Positions 20,421-29,826 are shown, counted from the stretch's first letter. The stretch: DNA of 64,000 nt from Syntrophales bacterium (GCA_963662405.2 CAXXKT010000001.1:1664001-1728000); one strand, 5' to 3'. Translations and numbers: made by a program. Notes: a model not told the origin generated them from the sequence alone.

Positions 20421-21152
20421 TTACTCAGCCGTTTCTTCCTGAAGACTGCCGGATGGTAAGCGGCGGAGAACATCCGTGTTGATGACCCATTTTCCACCCT
20501 TGCATTCACAGGCCGCCGGATCCCTCGCAACGGGGAGCCATATGTCGCCAGTGGCCTCGCAGGCTTTCCGGTTTTTCGGTTCGGGAACCCATGTGCCGCC
20601 TATGGTCTCGCACTCCGTTTCACTGATTGCGGGTACCCAGACCCCACCATTTTCGTGACAGTCGGCAGGGTCCTTTCCTTTAGCGCCCTGACAGTGTGCG
20701 GCGCCAAGCACTTCCCCGTCGGTTCCTCGACAGTACGCTTTCTTACGCGTCCCGTTTGCATCAACACAATATGCCTCGTCCGGATCACCATTGGTATCCC
20801 TACAATAGGCACATCGATACGCCTCTCCTCTCAAGTCCGGGTAATCCCCCAGGTTGACAAAGAGATGGGTCGCGCCGATCTCGGCGGCATTGTCCAGCAG
20901 CTCATTGAGGGCGTTGTTGTGCGCTATCTGTCGTACGGTGTTCCACCAGGAAAGGCAACCGAAGGCAGGATAGGAAGACCCCTGCACGTTGCCAAGGGCC
21001 TCACACTGCACTTCGCATTGATGAACCTGTTCGGCCGAAACCAGCCGGACGCGGGATGCCCGTGTGGACATATCAGTCGCGCACGAACTCAGAACCACTG
21101 CAGCGACGAGACTGAGAATCGGAAGCCCCATTACTTTCCCTGTATCTTTCAT
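20421..21152 (-). CDS. Cysteine-rich lipoprotein (DUF4156-like N-terminus plus CxxxGGxW repeats)
   Basis: Lipobox LSSC; C..LG.V.G...A.N.L...AA..GATH...GEAY.C pattern; ATG 21152 follows an RBS (longer ORF from 21182). Confidence 0.7.
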   Translation of the reverse strand: MKDTGKVMGLPILSLVAAVVLSSCATDMSTRASRVRLVSAEQVHQCEVQCEALGNVQGSSYPAFGCLSWWNTVRQIAHNNALNELLDNAAEIGATHLFVNLGDYPDLRGEAYRCAYCRDTNGDPDEAYCVDANGTRKKAYCRGTDGEVLGAAHCQGAKGKDPADCHENGGVWVPAISETECETIGGTWVPEPKNRKACEATGDIWLPVARDPAACECKGGKWVINTDVLRRLPSGSLQEETAE

Positions 21153-21202
21153 AAACCTTCTCCCCGGATTAAAAAAATGCATATAAGAATTACATTCCTT
21201 TG

Positions 21203-23749
21203 TTATGGAACAACAATGGTATCATTCGGTGTCAGCCTGACGTTAACCTCCGGCTCTCTCCCCCTGACCCCTTTGTCGTAATTGAAGGGGATATTCTGCT
21301 GTTTGCCGTCCACCATGCGGACGATCATAATGTTATCCGAATCGGCCCACTCATTCAAGCCGCCCGCCCATGCGAGACCCTGAAGGACAGTCATGTCGTC
21401 GTACAGCTCGTATGACCCGGGTCGCAGGACCTTGCCGACGACATACACCCGATCTTGAGCCTCTTTTGTTGTCGTTTCAATGCGGGTGACGTAGACGGTG
21501 TCCCCTCCCTGGATTTTTGGTAGAGGCTTTGTTCCGCCCTTAGCCTTGCCATGCAGGAATTCCTCCAGGTCGAATCGAGTGATGACTTTGCCGTTCCGTA
21601 TGATCGCTATGTCGGTCAGCTCCGCCCATTGGTCTTCTCCGCTGGCGAGTACCATGAGGTCAACAAGGTTCATGTCTTCTTCGACTTCGTATATCCCCGG
21701 GTTATGTACCGCCCCAAAAATCCTGACTTTTGCCTTGACATCCTCTTCCAGCCTTTCGGTCGGTGGAGTCCAGACATTGAGCGTTCTTTTGATATTGCCG
21801 AAGTTGGAAGTAATTGGTATAAAAATAGTGTCGTTTTGATGAATCGGGGTCAAGAGCCTTGTGTCGCCGGTTATCGTAAACTGGTAGAGATTGACCTCGA
21901 CTTTTTGCGCCCCGCCGTTGAGGCTTCTCTGAATCACGACATCGCTCATGGTCGCCCCATCGACGGCGCCGCCCGCTTCACTCACCACCTCCTGTATGTT
22001 TGCCGTTTCCGGCACGTTGTACCAGCCGGGTTCAGTCACATGCCCCAGCACCTGGACGTAGTGTTTCTTTTCAATGATGCTGACCTCGACCTTCTGAAGA
22101 ACAGCGATGTACTTGGGAAGTCGCGCTTCTATCTCCGTTTTGATCTCCTGAGTCGTCAGGTTATTGACGAAGATATGCCCATAGTTGGGGAGATAGATGT
22201 ATCCGTTTCTGTCAATCTCGATCTTGTTCTGTGCCAGTGACTGGGTCAGATCGGCCGAATCCGTCGTGTCAGGTCTCCTCCCCGGGGCCTGCCGCTGCGG
22301 AATACTGATAAACATCAGATCTCCTTTGTCGGCTTCTTCCCGATACGCTTCAGGGATCGGAACAACCAGGATGTCATTCGGTCTAAGGGTAATTTTGTCA
22401 CCTATACTGAAGTTTCGAAATTCCTCCCCTACCTTACGCTTGAGAACAATCCCAGACCGGACTTTCCTCGACAGCATTCCCCCCGCCATTTGGAGTACCG
22501 TATCCAGTTCTATACGGGATGGAACGCGATACCACCCAGGATAGCGCATGCCACCCTGAATGGAAATGTATCGCCTCCGTTCCACGATCTTGGTCTGTAC
22601 GCTGTCTCCCTTGGCAATAAATTTTCTGGCTTCCCTGGTCAGTTTTTCGTTCAGGCCTCCTTCGCTGAGACCCTGGACTTCGACTTTCCCGATCATCATC
22701 ATATAGATATTTCCATCCGGGTCGACGTCGTAATCGTAGCTCATTTCTTTCTGACCCGGTACCTCGATCCGCACAACATCTCCTGGTGATATGAGGGATT
22801 CCCGTTCCTCTGACACGGGGGGAGGGGGAGTCGTCGTTTCCGTTTGCGGGGGAGGTGGCTCCAGCGGTTTTCTGTAGGAGTTTGTATGCTTCGCAGGAGA
22901 AGGTTTCATGGAAGTTGGTTGTGTGGTTTCAGGAAGAGTGGGTCTCGCAACCGCCTGAGACGGCTTTCTTGCGCTGGCAAGTTTAAACCCCGGGGCGGCT
23001 GAGGGTTTCGGAGAGATGACGGGTTCCGACTTGATCTGCTGAATGTCGCGGGTTACGGCCCCTTTCATGTCAACCGGCGCTGCCGCTATCTCGGCTGAAT
23101 AACCGCTTTCCGTACCCTTTTCGTCGATCGATGTTATCACAAAGAAATATTGTTTCGCTTTGTTCAGACCGTGAATCGTAATCTTTGTAACATCACGCCC
23201 CACACTGATCGGCGGCGGTCCTTCGACGGCGGAGTCCGCTTTGGCTGGTTCATAGGGTGGACCTGAGTCCGTGTCGTAATAAATTTTGTATCCGGCAAGG
23301 TTGGGGCCACCGCTGGCATCCCATTCCAGGGTAACTTCTCCTTTGGGTGGAGACGCAGTAGATTCTGTTTGACCGGGAGTGGGTGGCTGATCGGTTGGTT
23401 CTGATATGACGAAATTGTTTGTATTAATCTTCACGACGATAATGTCGCCCTTGTAGCCATGGATCCGCATGGCCTTTCTTTGTTCCAGGGTTTCGCTTTT
23501 TGTAGCAAAAGGACCGACACAGACGCGGTACCAGACGCCACTCCCCGGCATCTGTACCTTTTCGATGACAGCTTTTTGATTTTGTTGAGTCAGGTTATAA
23601 ACGTACCGCAGCGCGGCTTCTTTGCCTCGGAAAGAATTGAGCAGGAGACCGTAGTCAGCGGAGGCAAGAGTGGCGAAAAAACAGATAAGGACAAATTGCT
23701 GTGCAATGCGCAAAGTGACCTTTTTTGCCATCTGACTGTGCACAAGCAT
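21203..23749 (-). CDS. Polysaccharide export (OPX/Wza-family) protein fused to SPOR and FN3 domains
   Basis: SPOR WYRVCVGPF; FN3 VTLEWD..GYKIYY..GL...YFF; two Poly_export segments (VDPDGNI, IDRNGYIYLP); four SLBB G.V..PG.Y-type repeats. Confidence 0.85.
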   Translation of the reverse strand: MLVHSQMAKKVTLRIAQQFVLICFFATLASADYGLLLNSFRGKEAALRYVYNLTQQNQKAVIEKVQMPGSGVWYRVCVGPFATKSETLEQRKAMRIHGYKGDIIVVKINTNNFVISEPTDQPPTPGQTESTASPPKGEVTLEWDASGGPNLAGYKIYYDTDSGPPYEPAKADSAVEGPPPISVGRDVTKITIHGLNKAKQYFFVITSIDEKGTESGYSAEIAAAPVDMKGAVTRDIQQIKSEPVISPKPSAAPGFKLASARKPSQAVARPTLPETTQPTSMKPSPAKHTNSYRKPLEPPPPQTETTTPPPPVSEERESLISPGDVVRIEVPGQKEMSYDYDVDPDGNIYMMMIGKVEVQGLSEGGLNEKLTREARKFIAKGDSVQTKIVERRRYISIQGGMRYPGWYRVPSRIELDTVLQMAGGMLSRKVRSGIVLKRKVGEEFRNFSIGDKITLRPNDILVVPIPEAYREEADKGDLMFISIPQRQAPGRRPDTTDSADLTQSLAQNKIEIDRNGYIYLPNYGHIFVNNLTTQEIKTEIEARLPKYIAVLQKVEVSIIEKKHYVQVLGHVTEPGWYNVPETANIQEVVSEAGGAVDGATMSDVVIQRSLNGGAQKVEVNLYQFTITGDTRLLTPIHQNDTIFIPITSNFGNIKRTLNVWTPPTERLEEDVKAKVRIFGAVHNPGIYEVEEDMNLVDLMVLASGEDQWAELTDIAIIRNGKVITRFDLEEFLHGKAKGGTKPLPKIQGGDTVYVTRIETTTKEAQDRVYVVGKVLRPGSYELYDDMTVLQGLAWAGGLNEWADSDNIMIVRMVDGKQQNIPFNYDKGVRGREPEVNVRLTPNDTIVVP

Positions 23750-23787
23750 CCCCTTTTTAGGTCATTCAAACGACTCTTCTCAAGATA

Positions 23788-23803
23788 TGGTAGTCAGGTT
23801 GCA
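23788..23803 (+). promoter_or_regulatory. Possible sigma54 (-24/-12) promoter
   Basis: TGG-TAGTCAGG-TTGCA has exact GG-N10-GC spacing but only partial consensus, about 480 nt from the next gene. Confidence 0.3.
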
Positions 23804-24178
23804 TATTAGTACTAGATATTGTATATTGCAAGAAAAAACTTATTCTTTTTGCAGGGAAGGCGTCTGTTGTTATAGGATAATATGCAATGATTCTCGAGCT
23901 TTGATAATCGTTCCTCGTAGAGGGTATGGGCTTAACGATATATTTCGTGGAAAAATCAGGGAAAAGCTCGTAAAAGGGTCTATATGAATCGGATGATATG
24001 ATCCGATCCGCTGGTGTCATGGGCTTTGCCGGACGGTCTCCTTGCGTTTGTTGATGATTTATCCTGTCGGCTAACACAGGGTGATAAAACGGGCTTTTGA
24101 TTCATCGGGAACGTCCGGGAATTGTTAGCCGATACATGCCCTGTGGTAGATAGCCTGAACCGGGAAGCTTTTGGCGCA

Positions 24179-24200
24179 TTGAGTTACAACTGTAACTCAA
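24179..24200. promoter_or_regulatory. Perfect 10-bp inverted repeat, candidate operator
   Basis: TTGAGTTACA-AC-TGTAACTCAA, 85 nt upstream of the operon's first ATG. Confidence 0.5.
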
Positions 24201-24285
24201 GAGGCGGAGCAGTGAAGAGAGGTGGCGTGCGCCTCGACATTGAACAAGCTCATAATGAATTTTTCCCAAAGCAAAGGGGAATGGT

Positions 24286-25185
24286 ATGAATGGAGTTGAT
24301 CGATACATCCTCTTCACCGTTGATCTTGAAGATTGGTTCCAGGTGGAGAACCTCAAACCGGGGATTTCTCGTTCCTCCTGGTCGTCCCGTGAATTACGAG
24401 TTGAAAGGAACACTCTTTGCATCCTTGATCTTCTCGAATCTGTGAAACGGGGAAGCGCGTATGATCCACTACACGCCACCTTTTTTGTCCTGGGATGGAT
24501 TGCCGAACGTCTTCCTCACCTCGTGCGTGAGATACATTCGCGCGGGCACGAGGTGGCATCGCATGGTTATTCACATCAATGTTCCTATGATTTTTCATCG
24601 GACAATCTGAAAGGAGATCTGCTCGATAGTAAGAAGCTTCTTGAAGACATTATAGGCGATCGGGTATACGGGTACCGTGCTCCCAGTTTCTCGATTAATA
24701 ATGAAGTCTTGAAAATCGTAGAATCCTGCGGTTATTCCTATGATTCCAGTTATAATTCGTTCGCGATGAACAAGCGGTATGGAAAGGTCCGGTTTGCCGG
24801 GTACCCAACCGAAGGAATTTCCGTAAAGATTTCTGATTCTTTTCATGAACTTCCGATCAGCAATCTTCACTGGGGAAGGACAATGCTGCCATGGGGAGGC
24901 GGGGGGTATTTCCGTTTGATTCCCCTGAGCCTCTTTCGCAAGGGCGTGAAGTCGATCCTGAAAGGGGAAGGCGCTTATATTTTTTACATTCACCCGTGGG
25001 AGATAGATCCTGATCAGCCGCGTGTTAATGCAATTCCCGTCTCTTACCGCTTCAGACATTATGTTAACCTGGGCCGAACGCAACAGAAGATAGCTTCGTT
25101 TCTGAGTCAAATGAAGGGATGTTGTTTTGTGTCTTGCCGGACCTATCTGGACCTCATGAAGAGGACGGAAGATGGCATCGACTGA
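24286..25185 (+). CDS. Polysaccharide deacetylase, exosortase-system type (DUF3473)
   Basis: TVDLEDWFQV, ATFFVLGWIAE, HEVASHGYSH, YRAPSFS, GGGYFRL, HPWEIDPDQP. Confidence 0.93.
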   Translation: MNGVDRYILFTVDLEDWFQVENLKPGISRSSWSSRELRVERNTLCILDLLESVKRGSAYDPLHATFFVLGWIAERLPHLVREIHSRGHEVASHGYSHQCSYDFSSDNLKGDLLDSKKLLEDIIGDRVYGYRAPSFSINNEVLKIVESCGYSYDSSYNSFAMNKRYGKVRFAGYPTEGISVKISDSFHELPISNLHWGRTMLPWGGGGYFRLIPLSLFRKGVKSILKGEGAYIFYIHPWEIDPDQPRVNAIPVSYRFRHYVNLGRTQQKIASFLSQMKGCCFVSCRTYLDLMKRTEDGID

Positions 25186-25240
25186 GGCATTTTATACACA
25201 AGATGATTGAAATCCCACACTGAAGGAAAATATATTTTTC

Positions 25241-26341
25241 ATGTCCATTCAGGTTGATCTGCTGAAAAAGAGTGACGATGCACTGTGGGATGAATATATA
25301 CTCAATAATCCTCAAGGGACACCGTACCATCTGTCGGGGTGGCGAAAGGCAATTGAAAAGGCATACGGCCACCGATCTTACTACCTGGTTGCCTCCGGAA
25401 CATCGGCAGGTCGTTCCGATAAGCCGCGCAATACGATAGTCGGTGTACTCCCCTTAATTCACCTGAAACATTTCCCTTTCGGAAATGAGATTATTTCGCT
25501 CCCTTTTTGTGATGAAGCTGGGATTATCGCCACCGATGATGAAACCGAAATCGAACTCATTCGGGGTGCAATCCGGATCGCTCACGATTTGCGATGTCAC
25601 GCAGTGGAACTGAGGCATTCTTTCCCCCATCCGTGTTTTACAGAAGGGGAAGGGTTGTTTGCGGATAAACAGGCCCGGATCATCACCAGGGAGCATAAGG
25701 TCCGCATGTTACGGGAGGTAATGCCGTCATCGGAAGAGTTGTTGCGATCGTTCAAAGCGAAACTGAGGAGTCAGATCCGACGGCCGATGAAAGACGGTCT
25801 CTATGCTGTCGTGGGGGGGATGGAACTCCTCGACGATTTCTACGAGGTGTTTGCCCGAAACATGAGGGACCTGGGCTCTCCTGTTCATTCAAAGCAGTTT
25901 ATCGGGGCGGTATTCAAGGAACTGTCAGAACGAGTCAAATTGGTGATCGTGTATCATAACGAGAAGCCTCTCGCGTGCAGCATGGTGATCGGGTGCGGGA
26001 ATACGCTGAGAAACCCCTGGGCATCGGCGCTGCACGAATACAGCAGGATGAGTCCCAACATGCTCTTGTATTGGGCGATGCTCGCATATGCCTGTGACAA
26101 CGGATACGCGTACTTTGACTTTGGGAGATCGTCGCCGGGGGAAGGGACGTACCGGTTCAAGGAACAGTGGGGGGCGAAGCCCTCTCCCCTGTATTGGAAC
26201 TATCTCACGACTGATGCCACGTTTGTTCCCGGTGGAGAAGGAGGAGATGTCAAACGGTTCGCTGTGGCATTTTGGAAGAGGCTTCCCGTACCGCTTTCCC
26301 GCTTCATCGGTCCTCCAATCAGGAAACATATTGGGTTGTAA
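25241..26341 (+). CDS. FemAB-like (GNAT-fold) protein of PEP-CTERM EPS loci
   Basis: SLPFCD, KLRSQIRR, NMRDLGSPVH, PNMLLYW, FDFGRS...FKEQWGA. Confidence 0.92.
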   Translation: MSIQVDLLKKSDDALWDEYILNNPQGTPYHLSGWRKAIEKAYGHRSYYLVASGTSAGRSDKPRNTIVGVLPLIHLKHFPFGNEIISLPFCDEAGIIATDDETEIELIRGAIRIAHDLRCHAVELRHSFPHPCFTEGEGLFADKQARIITREHKVRMLREVMPSSEELLRSFKAKLRSQIRRPMKDGLYAVVGGMELLDDFYEVFARNMRDLGSPVHSKQFIGAVFKELSERVKLVIVYHNEKPLACSMVIGCGNTLRNPWASALHEYSRMSPNMLLYWAMLAYACDNGYAYFDFGRSSPGEGTYRFKEQWGAKPSPLYWNYLTTDATFVPGGEGGDVKRFAVAFWKRLPVPLSRFIGPPIRKHIGL

Positions 26342-26347
26342 AAAAGT

Positions 26348-27550
26348 ATGATAATCCGCCGGACACTGCCGCCGACGGCGGCGCCGATATATTGCCGGGA
26401 TATCGTCAACGGGTTGGTTGGTATGCTCCGGGGCGGGCCGGAGATCGAACGGTTCGAAAGTGAAATCAGGGAGTATTTCGGGGTACGGCACTGTTTCACG
26501 CTGTCATCGGGACGGGCCGCCCTGACCGTTATCCTCAGGGCTCTCCATGCTCTCCATCCGGAACGAACTGTTGTCGTCATCCCTGCATACACCTGTTATT
26601 CGGTGGCAGCCTCGATTGTTCGTGCCAGTCTTTCCATTCGTCTGTGTGATATCGACGCGAGGACGCTCGATTTCAATTACGCAGAGCTTCAAGCTATCAT
26701 CACCCATGATTCGAAGGAACTACTGGCGATTATACCAGCTCATCTCTTTGGGTTGCCTTCGGACATCGACAGGCTAAAAAACATCACCTCGGGACATGAT
26801 ATTTTCATCGTCGAGGATGCCGCTCAGGCGTTTGGTGGTAAAGACTCCAAGGGGAACAAGCTGGGGACGAAAGGGGATGTTGGCTTTTTCAGCCTTGGCC
26901 GCGGAAAACCCATGACGACGGTCGAGGGAGGAATCATCGTTACCAACGGGAACGACATCGCCCGGGGTATTGAGAAACAGGTCAGGAGGACGAAACAATG
27001 CTCGATGACACCGTTGATCATCAAGGCGTTGCTTCTCGCCCTTTTTATACATCCGGGACTGTATTGGTTTCCCAAAAGCCTTTCTTTCCTGAAGATCGGT
27101 GAAACGATATATGATGAAAAATTTAAGCTGCAGATCCTATCTTCTTTCCAGGCTGGTCTGTCGAACGGGTGGCAGCACAGGATTGAGTCCTTGAAACATG
27201 CCCGCCGTTCGGGAGCCCGGAGGTTTTTGTCGATAGATCAACACGATGCTTTTCACCGTTATTTCTCCGATGTCAATACGCTGCCCGATCTCCTCCGCTT
27301 CCCGCTTTTGTGTCGCGATGCGTCTTTCAGAGAGGATCAGACATGCCGGGGTGCCATGGAGCGGATGGGGGTCGTGCCGTACTATCCAACCGCCATAAAC
27401 CGTATCGGAAACTTAAAAGACAGATTTACTGGAGAGCGATACCCGGAGGCGGATCGGGTGGCGGTTCACTTGATTACACTTCCCATTCACCCGCTAGTCT
27501 CGGAACACGACGCGGATGAAATACACAAGCTGTTGGAGAAACTGTTATGA
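26348..27550 (+). CDS. DegT/DnrJ/EryC1/StrS PLP aminotransferase
   Basis: SSGRAAL, PAYTC, VEDAAQA, SLGRGK...EGG, LITLPIHP. Confidence 0.9.
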   Translation: MIIRRTLPPTAAPIYCRDIVNGLVGMLRGGPEIERFESEIREYFGVRHCFTLSSGRAALTVILRALHALHPERTVVVIPAYTCYSVAASIVRASLSIRLCDIDARTLDFNYAELQAIITHDSKELLAIIPAHLFGLPSDIDRLKNITSGHDIFIVEDAAQAFGGKDSKGNKLGTKGDVGFFSLGRGKPMTTVEGGIIVTNGNDIARGIEKQVRRTKQCSMTPLIIKALLLALFIHPGLYWFPKSLSFLKIGETIYDEKFKLQILSSFQAGLSNGWQHRIESLKHARRSGARRFLSIDQHDAFHRYFSDVNTLPDLLRFPLLCRDASFREDQTCRGAMERMGVVPYYPTAINRIGNLKDRFTGERYPEADRVAVHLITLPIHPLVSEHDADEIHKLLEKLL

Positions 27551-27565
27551 ACCTGACAAACGGAC

Positions 27566-28234
27566 ATGGCGGGGATGCGGCTGTGGCATGATATGTATAA
27601 AAAGATAGTCATTGCTGTCGTTTTTCTCTTGTTTATTACGGGACCGATCGGCCTGATTCCTGGATCGCTGTTTTCAGATGGATTGATACGATGTCTAGAG
27701 AAAATAACAACTGACGAGGATGTGATCCCGGCAGGAAGCTCATTCGACATGGTCTATATCTTGGGGGGTGGGCAAACAAGCCTTCAGGAGAAATATGCGC
27801 GGTTGGCTTCCCTGTATCGCCACATACACTGCGGAAGGATACTGATACTCGATAGACCTGGGATCACTGAATACGACCCTGAGGTAGAACGAAATCTCAC
27901 CAACAACGAATGGTCCCTGCTGCGGTTGGGGTGGCTTGGGATCAGGAGGCAGGATGTGGAGTTTCTGTCAATTCATGATGGGTATTTCGGGACGCTCAGC
28001 GAGGCAAGGGCGGTAACAGAGCTGATGGAAGCGCGTGAATACCGCACGGTACTCCTGATCACGGCCCCGCACCACACAGGACGGGTCAAGAGGAGCTTTC
28101 GTCACATGTTCGGTGACAGCAGGAGGAAATGCCTTGTTACCGGCTCGGCCGAAGAGGCACCTATCGGTGAATTGCTTATGGAGAATCTTAAACTGGTAGT
28201 CTATACTTTCATTCTGTTGCCTATGGAAGATTGA
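27566..28234 (+). CDS. YdcF/DUF218-family envelope protein
   Basis: N-terminal TM, YILGGG, GTLSEA, LITAPHH..R. Confidence 0.75.
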   Translation: MAGMRLWHDMYKKIVIAVVFLLFITGPIGLIPGSLFSDGLIRCLEKITTDEDVIPAGSSFDMVYILGGGQTSLQEKYARLASLYRHIHCGRILILDRPGITEYDPEVERNLTNNEWSLLRLGWLGIRRQDVEFLSIHDGYFGTLSEARAVTELMEAREYRTVLLITAPHHTGRVKRSFRHMFGDSRRKCLVTGSAEEAPIGELLMENLKLVVYTFILLPMED

Positions 28235-28256
28235 GGAAAGTACGCGTACGGATTCG

Positions 28257-29159
28257 ATGTGGTCACCTGAAACCTCCATGAAGATCGATGTCGAGTATCT
28301 CTATCGGATGGCCAAGATGCGGATACCCGCAATCTCTTTTGCCCTGGCGGCGGTAGTTTTTTTTATCGCCTCTTACCACGAGACACTTGCTTGGATGTAT
28401 GGGCGTTATACCAGCCCTGAATCGTATTATTCTCACGGATTTTTGGTTCCCTTCGTCACGGCTTACCTCATCTGGCGCAAACGGGAGCAACTCGGGAACG
28501 AACCCGCTACCTTTTCGTGGTGGGGTCTCGTCCTTACCGTGGGAGGGCTGTTGGTACATGTCTTCGGGACCGTTATTTATGTCTTTTCGGTTTCCGGGTT
28601 TTCGATTTTTCTGTTGATCTTGGGAATGTCTCTCTTTCTCTTCGGGAGAAGAATTACACGGATCATCTTGTTCCCGCTGGCATTTACGATTTTTATGTTT
28701 CCCCTTCCCTCTGCCTTTATCAGCATTGTCTCTTTCCCCCTGAAGCTGTTCGTGGCGAAGAGCGGTGCTTGGATCGCGGGTTTGATGGGAATCCCCATTT
28801 ATCTCGAAGGGTTTTATATCACCATTCCTGCTGGGAGCCTTCTCGTCGGCAATCCCTGCAGCGGACTCAGGTCGCTGATCACCTTCCTGGCCCTCGGTTC
28901 CATCCTTGCGTACCTCAGCCCGGTTTCCCTGTGGCGGAGAGGGCTTATCCTCTTTCTTTCCGTTCCCACAGCGATCGTATCGAACGTTATCAGGGTTCCT
29001 CTCCTGATTGTTATATCTCATTATTGGGGTCTCGAGGCAGCTCGACCCGAAGGTTTTTGGCACGATGCGTCGGGTATCATGGTGTTCGTCATCGGATTTA
29101 TCCTACTTGTTTCCTTCGTGAGATTGCTGGAATGGAAAGCACCGGGAAAAGATACCTGA
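28257..29159 (+). CDS. Exosortase (EpsH family)
   Basis: YSHGFLVP; catalytic Cys PCSGLR, Arg NVIRV, His FWHD; about 8 TMs. Confidence 0.93.
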   Translation: MWSPETSMKIDVEYLYRMAKMRIPAISFALAAVVFFIASYHETLAWMYGRYTSPESYYSHGFLVPFVTAYLIWRKREQLGNEPATFSWWGLVLTVGGLLVHVFGTVIYVFSVSGFSIFLLILGMSLFLFGRRITRIILFPLAFTIFMFPLPSAFISIVSFPLKLFVAKSGAWIAGLMGIPIYLEGFYITIPAGSLLVGNPCSGLRSLITFLALGSILAYLSPVSLWRRGLILFLSVPTAIVSNVIRVPLLIVISHYWGLEAARPEGFWHDASGIMVFVIGFILLVSFVRLLEWKAPGKDT

Positions 29160-29773
29160 TTGTCCTTGCCCTTTTGGCCTTGGTCGCACTGGTTGTCAAT
29201 TATCTCAGTTATGACACCTTTGGTCGGACGGATAAGGGGTTAGCGGCGATCAATGGAATCCCCTACACCATAGGAAAGTGGGGCGGGAAGGATCTTCCGT
29301 TGGACCCAAGCGTGTACGAGCTATTGGAGACGAATACGATTATACACAGGAACTATCAGAGGGCTCATTCCTCTATCCTGTTATCGGTCGTATATTACCC
29401 CGAGACAAAAGTAGATTTTCATGCGCCCGAGAGTTGTCTGGGGGGAAAGGGAATACGTACGAAAAGCTCGGTCAGACAGATACAATTCAATTGTGAAGGA
29501 GATACCGTTAAACTCGCTATCAACATGATGACACGAGAGCAAGATGAAGAGAAGCAGCTCATTTATTATTTTTATAAGGCGGGTCCCTTTGTGGGTAGCA
29601 GCTATATAAAGCTTCGCTTTGCGGTGGCGTTCAACAAACTATCTAGCAGGAAGAAGAGCGGATCTCTGATTCGGGTGTCTACCCCGGTTATTCGAGACGA
29701 TTACAGCAGAGCTTCGCAAAAGCTGACTAAATTTATTGAAGAACTTTACCCGTATGTTATCGACTATCTGTAA
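29132..29773 (+). CDS. epsI: Exosortase-associated EpsI-family periplasmic protein
   Basis: Starts MESTGKRY (ATG 29132) within the 28517 ORF; TM anchor, IPYTIGKW.G.D, H.PESCL.G.G. Confidence 0.85.
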   Translation: MESTGKRYLIVLALLALVALVVNYLSYDTFGRTDKGLAAINGIPYTIGKWGGKDLPLDPSVYELLETNTIIHRNYQRAHSSILLSVVYYPETKVDFHAPESCLGGKGIRTKSSVRQIQFNCEGDTVKLAINMMTREQDEEKQLIYYFYKAGPFVGSSYIKLRFAVAFNKLSSRKKSGSLIRVSTPVIRDDYSRASQKLTKFIEELYPYVIDYL

Positions 29774-29826
29774 TTTCCTCAATTATGAGTTTCACCTTAT
29801 ATAGCGTATAAGAAGATCTGAACGGT

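Noticed and set aside
20570..20595. VPEP motif in the Cys-rich lipoprotein as a PEP-CTERM signal
   Set aside because: It is internal to a repeat and is not followed by a TM helix and basic tail
20421..21152. Possible multiheme cytochrome
   Set aside because: No CxxCH motif; the closest is CAYCR
28517..29131. N-terminal 205 aa of the 418-aa ORF
   Set aside because: Off-frame overlap with the exosortase; the EpsI-like sequence starts at ATG 29132
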